DNA of 64,000 bases from Candidatus Bathyarchaeota archaeon (GCA_963707955.1 OY970176.1:832001-896000), one strand, 5' to 3'. Numbered from the stretch's first letter, positions 9,569 through 20,264 are shown. Numbers and translations: made by a program. Notes: generated from the letters alone by a model not told the origin.

Positions 9569-10525
9569 GTGGCGGCAGGGAAAGTGGCAAGCGGGAAGGT
9601 CTGCGACGTTTGCGGTCGGCGGGAGGCGTTCTTTTTCAGACCGTACTCCGGCGTTAGCCTGTGCAGAAGATGCTTGACCGAGTCAGTTGAGGAGAAGGTG
9701 AGGGCGACGATCGTGAAGTATGGCATGTTTGAGTTTGACGACACCATTGCCGTTGCGGTTTCAGGTGGGAAGGACAGTGTCAGTCTCTTGCACGTTCTGG
9801 CAAGGTTGGAGAAGAAGCATCCTAGGGCTCGTCTCGTCGCGGTCACGGTGGACGAGGGGATCAGGGGTTATCGGGACGAGGCGTTGAAGATTGCTTCCGA
9901 AAACTGTGGGAAGCTAGGTGTGAAGCACGTTGTAGTGTCTTTCAAGGAGCTGTTCGGCTACACGTTGGACGAAATGGTCGGGCGCCTGAAACAGAAAGGT
10001 GCTGATAAGGAGACGCCGTGCGCCTGGTGCGGTGTCCTGAGGAGGAGGGCTTTGAACGTTGCGGCTAGGAGGCTTAAAGCGGACAAGCTTGCGACGGCTC
10101 ACACGTTGGATGATGAGGTGCAGACGATTCTACTGAACATTCTTCACGGTGACGTCCTGCGGATCGCGAGGGAGAAGCCGGTCACGGATGAAGTGCATCC
10201 GAAGCTAGTGCGGAGGATTAAGCCGTTCTGCGAGGTTCCTGAGAGGGAGAGTTCCTTGTACGCTTACGTTAGGGGAATCAGGTTTCAGAGCACGCCGTGT
10301 CCGTACGCTTCGGAAGCTTTGAGGAACGATGCGCGCTTGATGCTCAACAGGATGGAGGAGAAGCATGCAGGGATCAAGTTCACGGTCTTCAAGTCGATTG
10401 AGAAGATAAGGCCAGCCCTGGAAGACGTGGCAAGGAAGGAAGGCTTAGGCGTATGCAGCGAGTGCGGCGAGCCGACGACCGACAAGGTCTGCAGGACATG
10501 TCAGATGCTGAAACAGCTAGAATGA
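9569..10525 (+). CDS. tRNA 2-thiolation protein (TtuA/Ncs6/TIGR00269 family)
   Basis: N-terminal CxxC pairs, SGGKDS PP-loop, CxxCGVLRR, HTLDD and C-terminal CxxC..CxxC; start approximate. Confidence 0.9.
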   Translation: MAAGKVASGKVCDVCGRREAFFFRPYSGVSLCRRCLTESVEEKVRATIVKYGMFEFDDTIAVAVSGGKDSVSLLHVLARLEKKHPRARLVAVTVDEGIRGYRDEALKIASENCGKLGVKHVVVSFKELFGYTLDEMVGRLKQKGADKETPCAWCGVLRRRALNVAARRLKADKLATAHTLDDEVQTILLNILHGDVLRIAREKPVTDEVHPKLVRRIKPFCEVPERESSLYAYVRGIRFQSTPCPYASEALRNDARLMLNRMEEKHAGIKFTVFKSIEKIRPALEDVARKEGLGVCSECGEPTTDKVCRTCQMLKQLE

Positions 10526-10922
10526 CTGGGCGTTTGAAAAAGCGGACGCTACATCCCTGTATTCGCGTTTTGACCTCGTCTATTCCACCCTCCCTCTCCC
10601 CCCTAGGGTGGTAGTACTGCACGAAGGCGCTAGTGAAGGACCTACTGACTTTGCGCGGGCTTGAAGCCGAGCGCGTGTCGAGGGCTTAGCCGAGAGTCTC
10701 GGCAAGGGTAGTGACTGTTAATGCGCTGGTACTATGCTCATTGTTCTCTTTGTTTTTGAAGCAGTTTATCTCTATCGGCTTTGCTGATGGCTTGCTGTCG
10801 TTGAGAGTCGTTGATGCTCAGCGCCAGCTCTGGGGCAACTCTTTTTCTATTCCGTGATCTGAGCAAAGATGCGTGTGAAGGTGAGTTCGCTCTCGTAAAA
10901 AAGAAGAAGAAAAAAAGTGCCG

Positions 10923-11324
10923 CTATGGACGCATTGGTTGCATTATGGCGAATTGGTTTCCTTCAGGGTCCACGGCTATTGCGGTCCAACCTACCTGTGG
11001 GACTTCTTGTTTTGGAACGATGATTTTTCCGCCGAGCTTCTTGATCTTCTCGATGTATTCGTCGGCGGACTCGACTTGGATGTACATGATGGGCTTCATC
11101 TCTTTTGTTTCTTTCGTTTTCTTGTAGAGGCCTCCGTTGATTCCTGGTCGCAATGGTCTCATCTGCTTGTCCATCGGTACGGTTCCGAGAAGCCAGTATT
11201 CCATGCCGCTGCTCATCTGTTCGCTGCCTTTCTCGATTTTCCATCCGAAGACTCCTGAATAGGACTTCTTCATCTTCTCAGTGTCGTTTGCGGGAATTTC
11301 GAAATGAACAACTGTGTGGTCCAT
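10923..11324 (-). CDS. VOC/glyoxalase family protein
   Basis: VVHFEIPA, GINGG and DPEGN motifs; SD GAAGGTGA before ATG. Confidence 0.9.
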   Translation of the reverse strand: MDHTVVHFEIPANDTEKMKKSYSGVFGWKIEKGSEQMSSGMEYWLLGTVPMDKQMRPLRPGINGGLYKKTKETKEMKPIMYIQVESADEYIEKIKKLGGKIIVPKQEVPQVGWTAIAVDPEGNQFAIMQPMRP

Positions 11325-11466
11325 TCTTTCACCTTCATTTTTGACGAGAGAATGTCGTGGAGCGAAAATAATAAGCGTTGCTGCAGTGCCCCAGCAACAG
11401 CTCATGTTGAACGTCCGCGCACGGCTAAAGGTTTATAGGTTCTTTATAACTCTGCTTGACGCGAAC

Positions 11467-12360
11467 ATGACAGCCAAGATTTCAACCTTCGACCGGAAGC
11501 ATTTGCCGTTCGTAGCGGAGCTGATGAACGAGGAGTACGAAGGCTCTCCGGAGTTTATTCCTTTTGACGAGGAGAGATTTCTCTCGGAGACTCAGAGGCG
11601 ACATGTCAGAGTTCTGGTAGCCGAAGACGATGGACACGTGGTCGGCGTCATCGGAACCCATACAGATGACAGGGGAGAGGACATTCACTGGCTAGCCGCT
11701 CGCAAAGCCCCGGAAGGCAACGTCGTCAGGGACATGCTTGTGAACGAGGCTGAAAGGAACGCGAAGGGCGACTCGATCATGAGGATGATAGATGAAGGCA
11801 GCCCCGAAATCGAGGAGTGGGAGAGTCGAGGCTACGTGCTGGAACCGGGGTTTCAGCGCATGACGGCGGAGCTTCGCGATCCGACGCGTGTTCCCGAAGT
11901 TGATGAGGGAATAAGGCTCAGAACCTTGAGGCCCGGCGAGGAAGCCGAGTTTGTGGAGACTGTTAACGCGGGGTTCGGATGGGAGAGACTCGAAGTGGGA
12001 GACCTTGAAAGGTGGAAGACTGAGGACCCACCGTTCGACGAGGAATGGGTTCAGGTTGCAGAAGCCGCGGGCAAAATCGTTTCAGTGGTCGTGGCGAAAC
12101 CTGATACAGATTACAACAAGTACTTGCACTGCAGGATGGGCTATCTTGGGCCGGCAGCCACTCTTTCCGAGTTCAGGAATAAGCATCTTGCATCGGCGCT
12201 TACGGCTCGAGCTATGAACCTTCTGTTCGAAAAAGGAATGAACACGGTCAGGCTGGGAACCTCGGAGAAAAACGTGTCTTCTATCGCTCTGCTGAGAAGC
12301 CTGGGCTTTCACGTCGAAAACGTCAGAAAGATCTTGCGCAAAAAACTGAAGGACAACTGA
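11467..12360 (+). CDS. Tandem GNAT acetyltransferase (MshD-like)
   Basis: FRNKHLASAL motif A and N..SIALL..LGF motif. Confidence 0.8.
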   Translation: MTAKISTFDRKHLPFVAELMNEEYEGSPEFIPFDEERFLSETQRRHVRVLVAEDDGHVVGVIGTHTDDRGEDIHWLAARKAPEGNVVRDMLVNEAERNAKGDSIMRMIDEGSPEIEEWESRGYVLEPGFQRMTAELRDPTRVPEVDEGIRLRTLRPGEEAEFVETVNAGFGWERLEVGDLERWKTEDPPFDEEWVQVAEAAGKIVSVVVAKPDTDYNKYLHCRMGYLGPAATLSEFRNKHLASALTARAMNLLFEKGMNTVRLGTSEKNVSSIALLRSLGFHVENVRKILRKKLKDN

Positions 12361-12533
12361 CTGGAGACAAACCTGCAGAAGTCAGGAGTGACGAAGACCG
12401 TTCATTCTTAGAGAAGACCGAACAAGATAACAGACTTCTTTCGTGACTGTTCGGGAGGTATCGTCATTTGGCACGAAGTGCAAATCTCGGTGACCTCATT
12501 GTTCTTAAGTGCCTTCGGTTCTAGTTTTTCATC

Positions 12534-13004
12534 ATGAGCGTTGAAAGAGTCAATGCAAGCGATATCGAATCGGTTCTGCACGTCATCAACACGAGCAACA
12601 GCGATGCTTACAGAAGCTTGATCCCGCTGGAACAGTTCAAAGACCCAATTTTGACGTTGGAGGAACTGATGAGGGAATTTAGTAATATGAGGTTCTACGC
12701 TTACAAGTTAGGGAACAAGTTCGTCGGTGTTGCGGCGTTGCGAATCGATGAAGGCGAGACCGGGATAGTCAGGTGGGTTCACGTCCTTCCCGAACACAGG
12801 CGAAAAGGTGTCGGCTCCTCTTTAATGGAGCACGTCGAAAGCGAAGCCAAGTACTTGGGCCTGAAAAGACTGAGAGTCGTCTACGTTTGGGAGAGAGCGT
12901 ACTGGGCTAAAAACTTCTACGCAAAGCTGGGGTATCAGAAGAGAGACACGGTTACTCTGCCATGGGGAGACACAGCGCATATTTACGAACGGATTCTTCA
13001 TTAG
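12534..13004 (+). CDS. GNAT acetyltransferase
   Basis: VLPEHRRKGVGSSLM and FYAKLGY motifs. Confidence 0.88.
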   Translation: MSVERVNASDIESVLHVINTSNSDAYRSLIPLEQFKDPILTLEELMREFSNMRFYAYKLGNKFVGVAALRIDEGETGIVRWVHVLPEHRRKGVGSSLMEHVESEAKYLGLKRLRVVYVWERAYWAKNFYAKLGYQKRDTVTLPWGDTAHIYERILH

Positions 13005-13290
13005 GTGACGATCTGCCCCTTTCTCTTGAGTTGAAACAGCTATGTTTCTGACTTCCGTTATTTTGCTGATTCACACAGTGTCTGTTGACAAGAACAGGTA
13101 GTCCATCGCGCGCGCTAGGAGCCTGACCAGCCTAAGCGAAAAGGAGAGCTGGTGGAGATAACTGCCTGAAAAGTTGCCCTCGCTATCATGGCGCTCTTGA
13201 CTCAACATCCTTGACGTCTCCGACATACGAGAAGATTGAGGCCTAGCTTACTGGGCCAGGCTTCGCGAGGGTTATGCGGGTCAGGGCGGC

Positions 13291-13497
13291 TTATCTGTAG
13301 GCGGCTTCGCTCTTCATTTTGCGCAGGATCACTGATGCTTCGCTTGCAGTGTTCGCTGAAGCGAGCTTTCTTGCCTTCTGCACGACAACGGTGTGGCCGC
13401 AGTAGGGGCAGGTCCTGGTTTTCGTTTCAGCCTTCGCCAGCAAGAGACCGCCACATCTGGGGCAGACGACTACGAGGGTCGATGCCATGGGTTTCAC
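13291..13497 (-). CDS. Small Zn-ribbon protein (DUF1922-like)
   Basis: CPRCG...KTRTCPYCG. Confidence 0.7.
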   Translation of the reverse strand: MKPMASTLVVVCPRCGGLLLAKAETKTRTCPYCGHTVVVQKARKLASANTASEASVILRKMKSEAAYR

Positions 13498-13558
13498 TGA
13501 TCGAAAGCCTTTTCCACGTTGAACTAGATAACGCTATGCACAAGAGGGGGAACAGCGA

Positions 13559-13933
13559 GTGAGCAGTGAAGCAGAGAGCAAGCCGAAACCGGAGCCGAAC
13601 CTGCTTCAGCACGTGATACGCTATTTTAAGAATGATGGTTACAAGATAGAGCAGGACGAGACATCGCTTGAGGGTTTCAGCGGGATCTCTCAGAAGTTTG
13701 ACCTCATAATTCAGAAGGGCCAGATGGCGCAGGGCGTCTGGATAAGAGATTGGAACAGAACCATAGGCGTTAACGTTATCATAAACATTGACAAGGCTTC
13801 CTCAGACGTGGGGCTTTCGAGCCCGATAATCATAGGCGGAAAGTTCAGCGGCCACGCGAAGTCTTACGCGAACAGAAGAAAGATCACGCTGCTGACGAAG
13901 CAGCAGATAACGCTGAGGCACATGGTCAACTGA
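13559..13933 (+). CDS. Mrr-like restriction-endonuclease-fold protein
   Basis: GFSGISQKFDLII and FSGHAKSYA.RRKI.L patterns; catalytic D/ExK appears degenerate. Confidence 0.6.
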   Translation: MSSEAESKPKPEPNLLQHVIRYFKNDGYKIEQDETSLEGFSGISQKFDLIIQKGQMAQGVWIRDWNRTIGVNVIINIDKASSDVGLSSPIIIGGKFSGHAKSYANRRKITLLTKQQITLRHMVN

Positions 13934-14516
13934 GCTTCACGTATTCGTCCAGCAGGCCTTCTTTTTCGAGCTTGCCCAGCCAGTCGACCACGCCTACACG
14001 GCATTTACTAGGATGGCGGAGCAGGAACAGAATCTGCTTTACTGTCTCTTCCACGCTTTGGCCTGTAACGTTTAGTTCGCAGACTTTCCTCTTGCCAACT
14101 GCTTTCAGAGCGTCGAACAAGCAGACGTCCAACACTTCGGAGGCCAGGTTCTCGAAAAGCTTTCGACCTTGGAATCCGCAGTGTTCCATGAGTCCGCGCA
14201 GTTCCACGGGGTCGCGCCTCAGAACAAACACTCGTGTCACGAGTTCCTTGGGAACGACGTTGACGGCGTAGTGTCCGTCGATGACGACTTCTTTCTTGTC
14301 TGTTTTCTGGATGATGCTGCGGATTTTCTTTTTCATCCGTGGTTCGTCAACGATGATTGTGTTTCGCGTCTCGTCTTTTCCTGAGACAAGTTTGTCGCGC
14401 ACGGCCAGGTCTGTTAAGTTGACGTATAAAGCGTCGAGCTTAACCGTGAGCAGACGTGCCGTGGAGGTTTTGCCGACACACGGAGTTCCGGTCAGCAAAA
14501 TGACATGTTTAGGCAT
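13926..14516 (-). CDS. Archaeal adenylate kinase AK6/Fap7 family
   Basis: TGTPCVGKT, VIDGH and ENLASE motifs. Confidence 0.88.
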   Translation of the reverse strand: MPKHVILLTGTPCVGKTSTARLLTVKLDALYVNLTDLAVRDKLVSGKDETRNTIIVDEPRMKKKIRSIIQKTDKKEVVIDGHYAVNVVPKELVTRVFVLRRDPVELRGLMEHCGFQGRKLFENLASEVLDVCLFDALKAVGKRKVCELNVTGQSVEETVKQILFLLRHPSKCRVGVVDWLGKLEKEGLLDEYVKLS

Positions 14517-14852
14517 GATAAGGCGGTTCCTTCGCAGAGTAGTTGCAAACTCGGAAAGATAAGATGTTTCCCGTCAACTCAAATCGGTAAGCAGGCAGAT
14601 GTGCATGCACATGGTCTAAGGCGGGTTCATTCCAGAATCTGGAGGCGGCGGTACCTGTTGAACGGGTGCTGTCTGATTCTTAAATAAGTTGTGGACATCG
14701 CTGTCGATCGCACTTGGAACTGTTAGCTTTAACGGTTCAAGCTGAGGCTGTTCTCTTCCTCTTGAAGATGATGAATTCTGGACGTGTGTTTCCAAGTGAG
14801 GATGGCCTGGTTTCCAAAATTCTTATTGCACACTAGCGTTACAGTGTACACT

Positions 14853-15171
14853 GGGCTGGCGAGTTGGTGTGTGGCTTTCGAGCCTCGACGTGAGAGGCTT
14901 GAGGAAACTCCGCCCACAAGTAGAGTTGCAGCGTCCGCAAGGGCGCAAGGTGAGAACCTTGGCTCCAGAGCAGAAACGAAACGTCCGCTCAGCAGGTGAC
15001 GGTGATGCATGCTAAGTTGTTGAGGATGCTGAGTGCGAAGCGATGAAACGGCTGTCCTGCATGTGGAAAGGGCAAGCAGACGCTGATGAAGAGTCTACCG
15101 GAAGCGCGGGTAGCCCGATTAGCCGAATGCCACAAAGAACAAAAGGCGGGTTACGACCAACACACCAGCCC
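14853..15171 (+). ncRNA. rnpB: RNase P RNA
   Basis: CR-I GAGGAAACTCCGCCC (about 14901) pairs with CR-V AACAAAAGGCGGGTTAC (about 15138) as P4 with the bulged U; terminal P1 helix GGGCTGG/CCAGCCC; T6 tract follows. Confidence 0.93.
15147..15171 (+). repeat. att copy 1 (attL of element 1), equal to the rnpB 3' end
   Basis: CGGGTTACGACCAACACACCAGCCC; repeated with 1 mismatch at 21247 and 30470. Confidence 0.9.
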
Positions 15172-16073
15172 TTTTTTCCCGAATACCACAAAAAAATCCA
15201 AAGATTCAGAACGTCTTAATCCAAATGCTAAAAGACAACAAGAGCGACTACACAATTAACTTCACAAGAAAAGCCCTAACATTCCTAAGCCAGCACACAA
15301 ACCTAGCAGAACCAGAGGCAGTAAAGCTGTTCATAGCAACGCACAAAGCCTCCGACGGATACAAACGGAACCTCTGCATAGCTTACAACAAGTACTGCAA
15401 GTTCTACAACATCAATTGGAATATGCCCAAGTACCGAGAAGAAGCTAAGAACATCGCCCTACCCACCAAAGAAAAAATACAAATGCTCATCGCAAGCGCA
15501 GGCAGACTTCTCTCAATGAAACTACAGCTGAGCATGGAAACAGGACTCAGGCCCGTAGAAATTGCAAGACTCAAAGTCAAAGACATAGACCTAGAACACA
15601 GAACTGCAAATCCGATAACAGCCAAGAGAGGCAACCCAAGAACCGTACCAATGTCACAGGGCTTAACACTGAAAATCCAAGAATACATAACAGCGAAGAA
15701 CCTTACACCATCCGACTTATTGTTCAAAGGACAAGACTCGGACCACTACGGCAAACACTACCGCATAATGCGGAACGAATTAGCTGAAAAACTCAAGGAC
15801 CCATCAATCCGAACAATACGACTATACGACCTCAGACACTACTTCTGCACAAAGAAACTAAACGACATCGGAAACCCCTACACTGTAATGGTTCTAATGG
15901 GACACACAAAACTAACAACGACCCAACGATACATGCACCTACTCAACTTCAACGACGACGAATGGACATGCACAGGAGCAACGACAGCCAAAGAAGCAAC
16001 CAAACTCATAGAAAACGGATTCCAATACGTAACAACAATCGAAGGAATACAACTATTCAAAAAACGAAAATAA
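15147..16073 (+). CDS. Tyrosine integrase, Int(C) part; frame is open through the att site (first ATG 15225)
   Basis: TGLRPVE, TAKRG, LYDLRH, MGH and TQRY catalytic motifs; att reads RVTTNTPAL in frame. Confidence 0.92.
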   Translation, partial: RVTTNTPALFSRIPQKNPKIQNVLIQMLKDNKSDYTINFTRKALTFLSQHTNLAEPEAVKLFIATHKASDGYKRNLCIAYNKYCKFYNINWNMPKYREEAKNIALPTKEKIQMLIASAGRLLSMKLQLSMETGLRPVEIARLKVKDIDLEHRTANPITAKRGNPRTVPMSQGLTLKIQEYITAKNLTPSDLLFKGQDSDHYGKHYRIMRNELAEKLKDPSIRTIRLYDLRHYFCTKKLNDIGNPYTVMVLMGHTKLTTTQRYMHLLNFNDDEWTCTGATTAKEATKLIENGFQYVTTIEGIQLFKKRK

Positions 16074-16168
16074 AACACAAACAACCCCCTTTTTCTATCC
16101 AACATCATGCTTAACCATAGCGCGCGCTGACCAGAAAATAAAAAACACACACGCACGAAGCGCACGCG

Positions 16169-16429
16169 CTATTCTTTGGCTTGATATACTTCATACAGCA
16201 TGTATACACCGATCAATTCAAACAATAGGCAGAAGACAAATATTATTGGGACAATTTCCCACATATCACGGGCAATAATGTATAGGATGTTACTGTTATC
16301 ATTAAAGCTCCTCCAGTAATCCAGCTTACTTTGCAGCACAACATTCAGTCCGATTCCCACAAAACCGAGAAGCATTATAATTACCGCTAATACCGTCTTG
16401 ATTAGCGCGCCAATATTGATCTTCTTCAT
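16169..16429 (-). CDS. Small two-TM membrane protein (cargo)
   Basis: Two hydrophobic segments. Confidence 0.6.
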   Translation of the reverse strand: MKKINIGALIKTVLAVIIMLLGFVGIGLNVVLQSKLDYWRSFNDNSNILYIIARDMWEIVPIIFVFCLLFELIGVYMLYEVYQAKE

Positions 16430-16532
16430 TTTTCGTTAGCTCTGACGAATAGAAATAGCTATGAAATTAGGACTTAATAAACCAGCGATGCCCATGTCCT
16501 TTAACTAACAGTATCCCGAAAACAAAAACATA

Positions 16533-16582
16533 TTGGCTCGTGAGCCTTTCGGCTCACTCGCACGTTCCAGACGATACGCCAA
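16533..16582 (-). repeat. Structured 50-bp repeat, copy 1
   Basis: TTGGCTCGTGAGCCTTTCGGCTCACTCGCACGTTCCAGACGATACGCCAA on the + strand; 5 copies in window. Confidence 0.9.
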
Positions 16583-16674
16583 ATAAAACCGATACTCTCA
16601 GGACCAACATCAATGCGCACAGAGAAATGAATGCGGTTATGTATATGCGTTTACGTTAAAGACTTCACGCCGAG

Positions 16675-18006
16675 TCAAAAACGTGAGCTTTGGCTCGAAG
16701 CATCCATCAATCGGTCAATGCATGTTCTAGTTTTGTAAAGATGTACAATATTCGGAGTAACGCCTGCAAGTGCAACCTCCCATCCAACAGCTTCTTCCCT
16801 CAGCCATTTGCTCACTGAATTTCGATAATGCTTTGGAACGATAAAACAATCCCAAGCTTTTTGAGGAGCATTAATGTATTTCTCCGCCGCTCCTTCCAAT
16901 AGCATCTTTATGGCGCCTGCATTTGTTCGCAGAACGTCGCTTGTAGCGTACACTAATTTGGTTCTCCTAGTTGACCTCGCAATCAACTTTTCCACTTGAC
17001 GATTATATTCCTCAATCGAATTCTGCAGGCTAATGAGAGAGCCACCCTTAGAGGAAGCTTCTGAAACTATTTGCCCAAATATACTTCTCATTGCATTGGT
17101 TGTTCTCGAATCAAAGATGTCGCTGTATTCAGATATTGGCAAGTTCTCAGAATAAGCGATACGAAGTTTTCTCTCGATGAATTCAAGCACATAAGGGTCA
17201 AATGTTTTCAGAGATTCTGTTCTAAGTGGAGCCTCAAGATTCTCAATTTCCCCTATGTACCGACACCCTATATTTGTGGAGAAAGTTGAATTGAACGCTT
17301 TTGCCAGAAGGAATCTTGGAATCATAGCCAACCTATTGGCAAGAATATTAATGTATTCTCTCGGACTACCCTCGTTAGCTAACTTCACCAGTTGTCCTAC
17401 AAATTCTGCTGTGGGCCTTATGCTCGCGCAAAGACGAGTATAACTCGCATACCGATATACGGGAACATTAATCTTCTCCATCTCCTCGCGCTCTTTCTTC
17501 TCTTCTTCGTTTTCTGTCGCAAGAGAAAGCTTTTTGACAAGGTCAGTTCCACTTTTGTAGTCAACTCCAACGGATTCAGCAGTCTTCAATGCTAGCAAGT
17601 CCGACTGCGCACCAGCCAAGAGCAAATTTACATTATTATCAACGAGTTCTTGAATCACTTCCGACATTTGTTTTAAACACCCGAAGCAATCTACATCGAT
17701 AAAGGGCACAAGCCTTCCCTTCTGTGCCAGCGCAACCACCTCTTCAAACGTCAACCCTGTCTCATCTCTAAAACGGTCAACTTTCTCAATTTTCGGCAAA
17801 CCAACAACTAACGTGTCGTATAGAGGTAGCAAACTGGTCGTCGGGACACATTGCACATCAGGCAAGAACACGCTAGTACCCTTCGGAGGCTCAAAACCAA
17901 TAATGTCCTTGACCCGCAAATTGGAGTAATCTTGTTTTTTCAGATGCTCATCGGAGTAGCTTAAGACATCTTCAATGTATCTAGTCCCTCTCTCAGCAGA
18001 AGACAT
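16675..18006 (-). CDS. Hypothetical protein, 443 aa (cargo)
   Basis: Long ORF with no recognised motif. Confidence 0.75.
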   Translation of the reverse strand: MSSAERGTRYIEDVLSYSDEHLKKQDYSNLRVKDIIGFEPPKGTSVFLPDVQCVPTTSLLPLYDTLVVGLPKIEKVDRFRDETGLTFEEVVALAQKGRLVPFIDVDCFGCLKQMSEVIQELVDNNVNLLLAGAQSDLLALKTAESVGVDYKSGTDLVKKLSLATENEEEKKEREEMEKINVPVYRYASYTRLCASIRPTAEFVGQLVKLANEGSPREYINILANRLAMIPRFLLAKAFNSTFSTNIGCRYIGEIENLEAPLRTESLKTFDPYVLEFIERKLRIAYSENLPISEYSDIFDSRTTNAMRSIFGQIVSEASSKGGSLISLQNSIEEYNRQVEKLIARSTRRTKLVYATSDVLRTNAGAIKMLLEGAAEKYINAPQKAWDCFIVPKHYRNSVSKWLREEAVGWEVALAGVTPNIVHLYKTRTCIDRLMDASSQSSRF

Positions 18007-18108
18007 TTCAAGTCATCAATAGTAAATGGACATCCAAGATTTAACTGCTTTCGCACATGCTTGCCACGGAAGCCTTAGCGCGCGCTATTGGCAACATCTA
18101 GACCGCAT

Positions 18109-18324
18109 CTAATTCGGTACAATGCCCTTCCGCTTCAATCTAGGACACTCGAAGGCAACATGCTCACCGCCGCCTTTAACAATAGAGCCAAACTCAATCA
18201 TTGAACAAGACGGCGCACCCATAACCCAAACACCGTCGCACACCTTCCCATCATAAGGGCAAATCGCTTCAGGACGCAGATTCTTAAGTAGCTTACGCTC
18301 GCTAGACAAAACAATCACCTCCAC
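18109..18324 (-). CDS. Small Cys-rich protein
   Basis: SD GGAGGTGA; CPYDGKVC...C...CPR. Confidence 0.55.
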   Translation of the reverse strand: MEVIVLSSERKLLKNLRPEAICPYDGKVCDGVWVMGAPSCSMIEFGSIVKGGGEHVAFECPRLKRKGIVPN

Positions 18325-18329
18325 CGCAG

Positions 18330-19521
18330 CTAATCAGTCTTAACCCCTCCACTCTTGTCAACATAATTGGGCTTACCTAACTGGTCAAATTCAGGCTCAA
18401 GCCAAGCAGGTCTATAACCAATCATCCCAGTATCCTTAACATTATAATGCGTACCAATCTGAAACACACTTTCCATATCTTCATCACAGATAGCGCAGAT
18501 TAGCGAGTTCGCCAAAATATGAAACTACAGAAGCATGCTTTAGGCCGACCTGAACCAAGCAGTGATGAAGTTCGTACCACAGCGTCCCGTAAATGGACTC
18601 TCTCTTGTCCTTCACACTAACCAGAATCTTGTCAATTTCATAATTTCGCATTTCCCGACCACGAAAACCAGAACATGCCAAGCAATCCTCCTTACTATGA
18701 AAATCGCATAAACGGCACATGTCGTAACCGTTTTTGACATAAGAAACCGTATGAAAATGCGGGCTATACTCTTGACGAGTGTGCGACTCATTCACACGCC
18801 ACCCATGCGGAATAATCACGCCTCCAACAACCCCCCTAATAGCCAGCGCATCCAAAGCCATAGCCTTCAGCTTCGGAATAGGAATGTTGAAACAATTCGG
18901 CAAAAAGGAAACGATAGTATGTTCGGGACAAAACAGGCCATGCTTCTCAGCAGTCTTGATCCGAGCCTCAATAGAACGTGCCGCACGACACGCAAAACCA
19001 TTCAAACAACACTTCGGGCATAACGGACTATGACACCACCAATGCTTGTGCCTAATCAAAATCTTGTCAGTAGCATCCTCACCACGAAACATCTTACCCT
19101 TATGCCCTTCCACATTTTTGCAAGCCGAATACCCATGATGAGAAGCACAAAAATTAGGATTAGTAACAGCACCAAAAGTGGCAGGCACATAAGCAGGAAA
19201 AGGCGCATGCTCATAAGGCAAATAATGATGCGGATTATCCCCCAACCGACGATTTATCCGTAATCGATTCTCTAAAAAACGAGCTGCACGCGACCTCTCT
19301 GCATCAGTAACCTTAACCTTAGACCCAGAAGGTAAGTCATTCTCAACAGCCTTCCAATGTTCCGCCTCTTCAGCGACCTTGTAATTATTGAATCGCAAAT
19401 ATTCAGGACAGTTGAAGCATCTCATCATAATACTAAACAATACAAATTTGCGGTGAGGGCATGGAACACTATCCCAAAAACCACAAAAGAAAGGACGACC
19501 CCGTGTAGTCACATTATCCAT
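18330..19521 (-). pseudogene. HUH rolling-circle replication initiator (Rep), frameshifted near the C-terminus
   Basis: EHTIVS, GGVIIPHGWR, SPHFH and TLWYELHH motifs; C-terminal CAIC continues in another frame (18330-18515). Confidence 0.75.
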
Positions 19522-19649
19522 ATTTTAAACACCGAGAACAACCTTGCATCAAAAAGGTTCAAATTTTCCAACGATTTTGCGACAAGAATGGCAAACACAA
19601 TAAAACCCATAAATTCTAGAATTACGGTAAATACAGAACTGGAATTAAC

Positions 19650-20264
19650 ATGGATAGAAAAGTGAACAAATACTTTGTTACAATTCCCATATTCGACTCG
19701 CAAACGGCAAAGCTACTTGCACCAGAGACAAACTGGAAAATCCTAGAAGCCCTGAGAGATGTTGGAATGGAAGGTTTGTCGGCTGAAGAAATCTCGGAAA
19801 AAATCAAAGTGCCGATATCTTCTGTCTACAACATCTTGAGAACTTTGGAAGCAACTGGTTGGGTACAGAGCACTATGAAACGACCGCCTTGGGGTCGCCC
19901 CTCAAAGAAAATTAAACAACGCTTTGGCGGAAAACCGACAAGAGTTTTCATAGAAACCGTTCCGTGGGGTTTGAATGAACTTGATTATGATTTTATTGAT
20001 AGCCTTATTCCCGTTCTGAAAGATATGAAAAACAACGTGGATGAGCTCAGGGAAAAATGGTTGTCAATTTTGGAAAAGATAGTTTTGACGTACCAAGCAA
20101 ACAACCTGAAGAAATTCTTTCCCCAAGAACCGATAGACAGTGAATGCGGACATAGTCGCGAAGGATTAGAGTTCCTCCGCGCCATCAGCACTGAATTAGT
20201 TTGGGAAATATTGAATGGCAAAGACTTCGATGCGCTGGCAAGAAAACACAAATTCATGAAGTAA
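19650..20264 (+). CDS. Winged-helix (ArsR-like) transcriptional regulator
   Basis: WKILEAL...SAEEISEKIKVPISSVYNILRTLEATGWV. Confidence 0.8.
   Translation: MDRKVNKYFVTIPIFDSQTAKLLAPETNWKILEALRDVGMEGLSAEEISEKIKVPISSVYNILRTLEATGWVQSTMKRPPWGRPSKKIKQRFGGKPTRVFIETVPWGLNELDYDFIDSLIPVLKDMKNNVDELREKWLSILEKIVLTYQANNLKKFFPQEPIDSECGHSREGLEFLRAISTELVWEILNGKDFDALARKHKFMK

Noticed and set aside
9301-9846. N-terminal extension of the 9311 ORF and antisense ORF 9301-9846
   Set aside because: Family similarity starts near 9569-9600; the upstream part looks intergenic and the antisense ORF is a shadow
10585-10611. CCACCCT...AGGGTGG hairpin as an ncRNA
   Set aside because: Short single stem with no recognisable box motifs or tRNA features
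14729-15010. ORFs 14729-15010 (-) and 14784-14999 (+)
   Set aside because: They overlap the RNase P RNA gene and have no protein motifs
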